Position numbers and translations under genes: made by a program | Shown here: one piece after another, positions 58,037 to 64,000 of the stretch | Layout of the letters: every line of letters starts with the position of its first letter | Position numbering within the stretch: the first letter of the stretch is position 1 | The notes under the pieces: model-generated | The model's input: the letters and a program-made list of their open reading frames with translations, nothing else | Databases searched by the model: none | Told to the model about the DNA's origin: nothing | NCBI GenBank assembly: GCA_029061605.1 | Contig: JAIDRT010000050.1 | Span: 64,382-128,381 of the forward strand | Source: Clostridia bacterium | Lineage (GTDB): Bacteria; Bacillota; Clostridia; Christensenellales; UBA3700 | Length of the DNA stretch: 64,000 bases | Direction: 5' to 3'

Positions 58037-60442
58037 TTATCTTTGAACTGCAGAGAATTCGCTTGACAGTTTTGTCAATATTCTGTTTATCTTAGTGTTG
58101 ACTTCGTCGTCCGTCAAAGTTCTGTCAGGCAAGCGGAATACCAAAGATATTGCCACGCTCTTTTTGCCTTTGCCTATTGCGCTTTCGTTGCGATAAATAT
58201 CAAAAATATTTGTATCTACAAGCAAATTGCCACCGCCTTTTCTCACGCAACTAAGCAAGTCACCCGCCAAAACGCTTTCGTCAACGACTATCGCAATATC
58301 TCTTTCAACAGGCGGATAACTTGATATCGGCGTAAAAGTATAACTATAATCAGCCAATTTATTAAGCAAATCAACGTTTATTTCGGCAATATACATTCTT
58401 TCTGATACGTCAAAACTCTTGGCAACTTCAGGATGCACTTCGCCCAAATATCCTATGACATTTTTACCAACGCAAATTTCCGCGCTTCTGCCTTTGTGAA
58501 GATAAGTCACGTCAGCCCTTCTATATTCAGCCTTAATTCCAAATTTCTCTAGTAAGACTTCTACGACGCCCTTCATAGTAAAGAAATCTTCACCCTCTCC
58601 GTATCTACCCAACGCAAGCATATTTACTTCCGTTGGAAGTTGAGTTACAGGAGTTTCCTGCGGAAGATAAACGTTTGCCAATTCAAATAACTTCGCCTTT
58701 TTATTGCTCTTTAAGAAATTGCTTGCAAGCATAGATATCATACTGTAAGCCAGCGTTGTTCTCATCACAGACAAATCTTCGCCAAGCGGCTTAAGAAGTT
58801 TGATACAATTACGTCTAGGATCGTCTTCTTTAAGTTTTAATATATCAAAGCATTTAGGCGTAGTAAAAGAATACGTCAAAATTTCGCTCATCCCTCTACT
58901 CACACAGATGTTTTTGATAATATCAACATTCCTTTCCTCGCAATTCTTACCGCCAAGCGTTTGATTACCGCCCTTAAGCAAAGTGCTGACGACTTTATCA
59001 TAACCATACAGTCTGATTACTTCTTCCGCAAGGTCATTTGCATTTTCTATATCGTCTCTAAATGCCGGACATACGCAAGTAAGTTTGCCGTCCTTGTCTA
59101 TACTGCTTTGGATTTGAAGACTGTTGAGAATCTCCAAAACTACGTTAGACGGCACGTCAATACCTAAGATTTCATTGATTTCCGCCACGCTTGTCTCAAC
59201 GACGTTTCTAGTGAGGTCTTGAGCAAGTCTGTCAATAATTCCGTCTGCTATCTTGCCCCAGCCATACTTATAAATAAGCGTCAAAGCACGCATAATACCC
59301 AATCTTTGAGAATCAAAGTCAATTCCTCTCTCATATCTATAAGACGAATCAGAACGCAAATTCAACTTTCTTGAAGTTCTTCTAATATTATCTCTCAAGA
59401 ATTTAGCGGATTCAAAAACTATCGTATTGGTATTTTCATTGATACCGCTGTTAAGTCCGCCCATAATACCCGCAACTGCGCAAGGCTTGTTTTTATCGCA
59501 AATTACCAACATTGTATCGTCAAGTTGATATTCCTTTTCGTTGAGCGCAATAATTTTTTCGCCGTTCTTTGCTCTTCTGGGAATAATTTTGCCGCCCTCC
59601 AAGTAATTCTTATCAAAAGCGTGCATAGGCTGACCAATCTCTATCAAAATATAATTGGTAATATCGACAATATTGTTTATCGGGCGCAAACCGACTGACT
59701 TAAGTCTCTTTTGAATAATCTCAGGACTGCTTTGGATCTTGATATCTTTTACGGCAGCAGCCATATATCTCGGACAAAGCGTCTTATCCTGAACGTCGAC
59801 GTCAACGATATCTTCAACCTTTACGCTTTTGTCTGTTTCGAAGCAAATTTCAGGCATTCTCAAAGGTTTTTTGAGCACTGTAGCCACTTCTCTTGCAATG
59901 CCAAGCACGCTATTGCAGTCTGATCTATTAGCAGTAATACTGATATCAAGAACTATATCGTCATTGCCCAGCACGACGTTGATATCAGTTCCCAACGGAT
60001 ACTTTTCTCCATTCATTATCAAAATTCCGTGTACGCCTGCGCCTGCGTATTCCTCTTCGGTGAGTTTCAATTCCTCGCCCGAGCACAACATACCGTTGGA
60101 AGCCACACCGCGTAACTTACCCTTTTTGATCACCTGTCCTGTAGGCAACAACGAGTTGTCCAATGCGACAGGCACAAGATCGCCCTCTGCGACGTTTTGA
60201 GCGCCGGTTACGATTTGCACGAGGTCGGCTGCCCCCACGTCTATTTGACAGATCTGCAATTTATCAGCGTCGGGGTGCTTCTCAAGTTTGACTATTTTGC
60301 CAAGCACAACATTTTTCATATTTGCGCTTGCGTCAATTATCTCTTCTACTTCAAATCCTGCCCCCACAAGTTTGTCTGCAAGGTCTTCGACAGTAACGTC
60401 AATATCTACAAAATCTTTTAACCAACTCAATGAAACTTTCAT
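58037..60442 (-). CDS. pheT: Phenylalanine--tRNA ligase beta subunit
   Basis: 801 aa. tRNA-binding OB N-terminus 'MKVSLSWLKDFVDI...HPDADKL', then B3/4, B5 and anticodon-binding-like C-terminal domains. Confidence 0.97.
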   Translation of the reverse strand: MKVSLSWLKDFVDIDVTVEDLADKLVGAGFEVEEIIDASANMKNVVLGKIVKLEKHPDADKLQICQIDVGAADLVQIVTGAQNVAEGDLVPVALDNSLLPTGQVIKKGKLRGVASNGMLCSGEELKLTEEEYAGAGVHGILIMNGEKYPLGTDINVVLGNDDIVLDISITANRSDCNSVLGIAREVATVLKKPLRMPEICFETDKSVKVEDIVDVDVQDKTLCPRYMAAAVKDIKIQSSPEIIQKRLKSVGLRPINNIVDITNYILIEIGQPMHAFDKNYLEGGKIIPRRAKNGEKIIALNEKEYQLDDTMLVICDKNKPCAVAGIMGGLNSGINENTNTIVFESAKFLRDNIRRTSRKLNLRSDSSYRYERGIDFDSQRLGIMRALTLIYKYGWGKIADGIIDRLAQDLTRNVVETSVAEINEILGIDVPSNVVLEILNSLQIQSSIDKDGKLTCVCPAFRDDIENANDLAEEVIRLYGYDKVVSTLLKGGNQTLGGKNCEERNVDIIKNICVSRGMSEILTYSFTTPKCFDILKLKEDDPRRNCIKLLKPLGEDLSVMRTTLAYSMISMLASNFLKSNKKAKLFELANVYLPQETPVTQLPTEVNMLALGRYGEGEDFFTMKGVVEVLLEKFGIKAEYRRADVTYLHKGRSAEICVGKNVIGYLGEVHPEVAKSFDVSERMYIAEINVDLLNKLADYSYTFTPISSYPPVERDIAIVVDESVLAGDLLSCVRKGGGNLLVDTNIFDIYRNESAIGKGKKSVAISLVFRLPDRTLTDDEVNTKINRILTKLSSEFSAVQR

Positions 60443-60453
60443 ATCCGCGCCTC

Positions 60454-61473
60454 CTATTTAAATTCCTTTAAGAATCTTACGTCGTTTTCAAATAAAATTC
60501 TCATATCGGGAATACCGTACTTTATCATAGCAATTCTTTCTACGCCCATTCCAAATGCCAATCCCTTATATTTCTTGCTGTCTATACCGCAATTATCCAA
60601 GACTTTTGGATTTACTACGCCTGCGCCAAGCACTTCTATCCAGCCGGTGCCTTTGCAAACCCTGCATCCCTTTCCGTGACATACCGAACAAGATAAATCA
60701 ACTTCTACGCTAGGCTCTGTGAACGGAAAGAACGACGGACGAAATCTAACCTTGGTCTTTTTATCAAAAAGTCTTTGAGCAAAAGTTTCCAAAAGCCCTT
60801 TGAGGTCGCAAAGCGTGACTTTTTCGTCTACGACAAGTCCCTCGATCTGTTGGAACATAGGCGAATGCGTAGCATCATCGTCGGGTCTATAAACCTTGCC
60901 TGGGCAGACTATTCTGATAGGCGGCTTAGTTTTTATCATAGTACGCGTTTGCATAGAAGAAGTATGAGTACGCAAAAGTATATCGTCAGTGATATAGAAA
61001 GTATCTTGCATATCTCTTGCTGGGTGATCAGGCGGGATATTGAGCATTTGAAAGCAAAATTTGTCAAATTCAATTTCCGGACCTTGACCGAGCGTAAATC
61101 CCAAAGAAGTAAATATATCCAAAATTTCGTTAGTTACCAAAGTGCAGGGGTGCAAACTTCCCTTTTCTTCGCCTTTGCCGTCAAGCGTAATATCAACGCC
61201 TTCTTCAAGCATTTTTGCATCTATCTCCGCCTGCTCAAGTTCTCTGGTTTTCTCTTCAGTCAATTGCGTTATGACGTCTCTAGCCTCATTAACGTATTTT
61301 CCCACAAGCGGTCTTTCTTCTTGCGGAAGGTCTTTCATTCCTCTCAAAAGCCCTGTCAACTCACCGTTTTTGCCAAGATACTTGACTTTAACGCTATTGA
61401 TAAATGCAAGCGTATGGCTATTCTTAATCGCCGACTTTGCTTCTTCGATAAGTTTTGCAATCTTTTCTTTCAT
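60454..61473 (-). CDS. pheS: Phenylalanine--tRNA ligase alpha subunit
   Basis: Class II motifs 'HPARDMQDTFY', 'LRTHTS', 'GKVYRPD' and 'FPFTEPSVEVD...GAGVVNP'. Confidence 0.97.
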   Translation of the reverse strand: MKEKIAKLIEEAKSAIKNSHTLAFINSVKVKYLGKNGELTGLLRGMKDLPQEERPLVGKYVNEARDVITQLTEEKTRELEQAEIDAKMLEEGVDITLDGKGEEKGSLHPCTLVTNEILDIFTSLGFTLGQGPEIEFDKFCFQMLNIPPDHPARDMQDTFYITDDILLRTHTSSMQTRTMIKTKPPIRIVCPGKVYRPDDDATHSPMFQQIEGLVVDEKVTLCDLKGLLETFAQRLFDKKTKVRFRPSFFPFTEPSVEVDLSCSVCHGKGCRVCKGTGWIEVLGAGVVNPKVLDNCGIDSKKYKGLAFGMGVERIAMIKYGIPDMRILFENDVRFLKEFK

Positions 61474-61485
61474 ATTTACCTCACT

Positions 61486-61730
61486 TTATAAAAAAATACG
61501 CCCCCTGTATTAGGGCGTATTTACGCTGTACCACCTAAATTCGTCGTTTGCCACACTCAACACGACAGACGACCTCATACGGTTATAACGTTACCGACGG
61601 TTTTGCCTACTTGTTTCAACAAAACAACTCCAAGGCGAACTCTCCCCGACTTACCTTTTGCCCTTTCAGCCCATTGAGGCAAAATCTCTGTTGCTCGTCT
61701 TTGCGGGACACGCTCCTCTTCAACGTTTGT
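61486..61730 (-). promoter_or_regulatory. T-box riboswitch leader (Phe specifier) of pheST
   Basis: On the - strand the conserved T-box 'AATTTAGGTGGTACAGCG' (61524-61541) overlaps the 5' arm of the terminator atacgccc/gggcgtat followed by TTTTTTT. A candidate UUC specifier lies in 'gagagTTCg' (61637-61639). Confidence 0.85.
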
Positions 61731-61736
61731 AATGAC

Positions 61737-61765
61737 ATTCTAACATTAAAACGCAGCAAAATCAA
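61737..61765 (-). promoter_or_regulatory. Sigma-A promoter of the pheST T-box leader
   Basis: On the - strand: TTGATT, a 17-nt spacer, then TAGAAT. Confidence 0.6.
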
Positions 61766-61810
61766 GTAGATTAGCCAAAAATTTAAAATATTGTAATCAA
61801 GTTGAAGGGG

Positions 61811-62467
61811 CTATAATTTAAGCGAGTTTCCAAAGCCGTTTTGAAGATAAAATTCAGGCACTTTGCCAACAATAAGATTTTGATACACTACCATAGAATT
61901 TTGGACTTTGATATTTTTTACGCACAGCGGTAACAAAACGCTTATGTCGGCAAACAAGTCGATATACATACAAAGCAAGGTTTGGTTGATTCCGACGCTC
62001 TCAAACGTCGTGCGGTAGTTGCACTGAATATTGCCGATATTCTCAAGTTTGAGAGTATATTTTCCGCCGTAATTGGCAATCACCACGCTTCCCAAAATAC
62101 TGCTATACGGCACCTGCACGTCTTCGCTTTGACAAAGAATATTGACTTCTCTCTGCGAAATTGCCGCCACGTCGCGCATAAGCGCGTTGATGACGACCAT
62201 ATCTCCGCTTATCAACGCCACGTTGCCGTCATTGTCATATCTTATCTCATAAAAGTTGGACTTATCTTGAAACATTTCGCCAGTCAGCGCCTCAGTCGTG
62301 GAACTGTTGAAAATATCTACAACTCTCGTAGTGATAAGCGCACCTGCGTATTTGTCCACGTAATCAATCAAGTTGCCTCTGAAATATAAAAGACAACTTA
62401 TGACTATCGCAAAAATAATAACTAAGGCTACAACGGCTTTAAATTTACGGCGCGCGCATCTACACAT
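61811..62467 (-). CDS. yunB: Sporulation protein YunB
   Basis: An N-terminal TM helix. 'SSILGSVVIANYGGKYTLKLENIGNI...TTFESVGINQTLLCMYIDL' matches the YunB 'FESAGINQT' core. Confidence 0.8.
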   Translation of the reverse strand: MCRCARRKFKAVVALVIIFAIVISCLLYFRGNLIDYVDKYAGALITTRVVDIFNSSTTEALTGEMFQDKSNFYEIRYDNDGNVALISGDMVVINALMRDVAAISQREVNILCQSEDVQVPYSSILGSVVIANYGGKYTLKLENIGNIQCNYRTTFESVGINQTLLCMYIDLFADISVLLPLCVKNIKVQNSMVVYQNLIVGKVPEFYLQNGFGNSLKL

Positions 62468-62550
62468 ACAATATTATATGCGCAAAATACCTAGCAATTT
62501 ACAACTATACTGTCATATTCAATACGTCGACTTCATTTGACTGCCGTCTG

Positions 62551-62919
62551 TCACACCTTTTTGGAGTGTGATCGGAATATCAACGCAAAGAAAAAGCCAA
62601 AGAATATCGCGGCAGTCAGACCGCCTGCCATATTTCTAAATCCGTAAGTCACCGCTTCAAACAGACCTATCTTTGCGCCCTCTTTTGCGCCCTTGACGAT
62701 AGTGCTACCAAACCCTGTAATAGGAATGGTAATACCTGCGCCGGCGAAATTCTCAATATACTTGAATACTCCTATCAATTCCAAGAATACGCCCAACAGC
62801 AAAAACATAACCAGAATTCTTGCCGAAGTCATCTTCGTCTTGTTGATAAGAATCTGCGCTATCATACATACTAATCCGCCTACTGCAAACGCTTTGACAT
62901 ACCCCAAAAACATTTCCAT
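62551..62919 (-). CDS. spoVAE: Stage V sporulation protein AE (SpoVAC/SpoVAEB family membrane protein)
   Basis: 'FAVGGLVCMIAQIL', 'GAGITIPITGFG' and 'GGLTAAIFFG'. Directly downstream of spoVAD. The start is at ATG 62919 or 62913. Confidence 0.85.
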   Translation of the reverse strand: MEMFLGYVKAFAVGGLVCMIAQILINKTKMTSARILVMFLLLGVFLELIGVFKYIENFAGAGITIPITGFGSTIVKGAKEGAKIGLFEAVTYGFRNMAGGLTAAIFFGFFFALIFRSHSKKV

Positions 62920-62920
62920 A

Positions 62921-63928
62921 TCAATAAAAATCCTCTCTTTCAATTATTACAGCGTGCGCAATTCCGGGAATACTCTCACCTTGAAGCGCAGAATCTTTTG
63001 ACAACATAGCGCCGGTTGGCACAAACAGTATTTTCTTCAATGATTTTTCTTTCAATCTTTTATATAGATAAGAAGCAAATACCAAAGAACAGCAACCTGC
63101 GCCCGAGCCGCCTTGCCCTGCCTTTTGCTTATCGCAATACATCATACTGCCGCAGTCGTTGAGATTGTCCAAGACGTACCCTTCTTTTTTGCACAGATAA
63201 TGCAAAGTTTCTCTGCCAAACCGCCCCAAGTCACCTGTAATTATCAAATCGTAATAATCGGGAGATCGCCCTGTGTCTTTAAAGTGTGTGATCAAGGTAT
63301 TTGCCGCAGCGGGAGCCATAGCGCCGCCCATATTGTTTGGATCCGTCAAACCAAAGTCAAGCACTCTGCCTATAGTGTAGCCCTTGACAAGCGGATATTC
63401 TCCCGGTTTTTTGGATAGTAAAACCGCTCCGCTGCCAGTAACTGTCCACTGCGATTCTGGAGTGGGTTGAGTACCCAATTCCAAAGGGTATCTATACTGC
63501 CTTTCTGCTGTCGCGTAATGCGAACTCGTACAACAAATAATCTTGTCAAAGTCTCCGCCCACAAGCGTCGAGCCTATAGCCAATGCTTCGCCAAAAGTGG
63601 CGCAAGCGTTGTATAATCCCATAAACGGAGTATGAAAATCTCTTGCCGAAAAAGACGTCGGCACAATTTGATTTATCAAATCGCCGCCCATTATTGCTCC
63701 GCAGTCGAGTGGCGACACGTTGACTTTTGCCAAACACTCGCCTATGACAAATCTCTGCATTTCAATTTCTGCCATTTCGTGCGACTTGCACTTCCACTCG
63801 TCGTCTTCCATCACGCAGTCAAAATAATCTCTGAAGTTGCCCTTGGATTCATAAGGTCCTGCCAAAGAATACGCCGACTGAATATAAACTTTGTTGTCAA
63901 GCAAATACGTTTGTTTACCAACTTTCAT
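62921..63928 (-). CDS. spoVAD: Stage V sporulation protein AD (thiolase-fold DPA-binding protein)
   Basis: 'TSSHYATAERQYRYPLE', 'TVTGSGAVLLS', 'MGGAMAPAAANT', 'DYYDLIITGDL', 'GGSGAGCCS' and 'ESIPGIAHAV' align with Bacillus SpoVAD. Confidence 0.95.
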   Translation of the reverse strand: MKVGKQTYLLDNKVYIQSAYSLAGPYESKGNFRDYFDCVMEDDEWKCKSHEMAEIEMQRFVIGECLAKVNVSPLDCGAIMGGDLINQIVPTSFSARDFHTPFMGLYNACATFGEALAIGSTLVGGDFDKIICCTSSHYATAERQYRYPLELGTQPTPESQWTVTGSGAVLLSKKPGEYPLVKGYTIGRVLDFGLTDPNNMGGAMAPAAANTLITHFKDTGRSPDYYDLIITGDLGRFGRETLHYLCKKEGYVLDNLNDCGSMMYCDKQKAGQGGSGAGCCSLVFASYLYKRLKEKSLKKILFVPTGAMLSKDSALQGESIPGIAHAVIIEREDFY

Positions 63929-63961
63929 ATATTTACACTCCTATGCGCAAATTTCTGTTTG

Positions 63962-64000
63962 CTAATTAAATAAGCCTATTATCCAATAAATCAGTCCCGC
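63962..64000 (-). CDS. 3' end of the upstream spoVA gene (probably spoVAC); the rest lies outside the window
   Basis: The - strand reads ...AGLIYWIIGLFN* and ends 33 nt upstream of spoVAD. Identity is inferred only from the operon order spoVAC-AD-AE. Confidence 0.45.
   Translation of the reverse strand, partial: AGLIYWIIGLFN

Noticed and set aside
60775-61491. A 238-aa ORF antisense to pheS.
   Set aside because: It is a shadow ORF. It would also run through the T-box terminator.
1-64000. CRISPR arrays, rRNA operons, IS elements or transposases, toxin-antitoxin pairs, restriction-modification systems or other known defence cassettes.
   Set aside because: No regularly spaced direct repeats were found, and no transposase, RT, Cas, methyltransferase or nuclease ORFs. 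All gaps longer than 100 bp were read individually and are accounted for above.

Overview
This is a low-GC Firmicutes chromosome segment from a Clostridia-like endospore former. It is almost entirely core housekeeping genes, arranged in Bacillus/Clostridium-type syntenic blocks.

- **Block 1 (+ strand):** rseP, ispG, a PolC-like exonuclease-only protein, rimP, nusA, ylxR, ylxQ, infB, rbfA, nrnA, truB, ribF.
- **Block 2 (+ strand):** an endonuclease-IV-like gene, an M24 peptidase, efp, spoIIIAA-AH, asp23, nusB, folD, xseA, xseB, ispA, a membrane ORF, dxs, tlyA, nadK, argR, recN, spoIVB. These are followed by purB, tRNA-Trp (on the - strand), proC and rnhA.
- **Block 3 (- strand):** spoVAC/AD/AE, yunB, T-box-pheS-pheT, a U32 protein, mutS2, a small membrane ORF, a cysteine desulfurase, thiI, then (after a + strand PBP1A gene) miaB, mutS, mutL, miaA, ynbB.

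The two convergent halves meet at about 35-40 kb in an AT-rich, accessory-looking patch. It holds:
- a TVP38-family membrane protein;
- a membrane-anchored PadR-like regulator with a long acidic linker;
- a 708-bp non-coding region containing an orphan sRNA-like promoter/terminator unit and a perfect 14-8-14 inverted repeat;
- an XerS-like tyrosine recombinase, a GNAT and lexA.

I found no CRISPR array, rRNA, transposase/IS, prophage or recognisable multi-gene defence system. I cannot claim a clearly novel multi-gene system.

The most unusual items are:
- the PolC-derived NTD-OB-exonuclease protein sitting in the polC slot;
- the strand-polarity switch, a putative replication terminus, with a lox/dif-like inverted repeat next to the recombinase;
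- the orphan sRNA candidate;
- the PadR-acidic-linker-TM fusion;
- a 162-nt long hairpin that overlaps the efp terminator.

All product calls come from motifs and synteny recognised by eye. No database search, folding or skew calculation was run.
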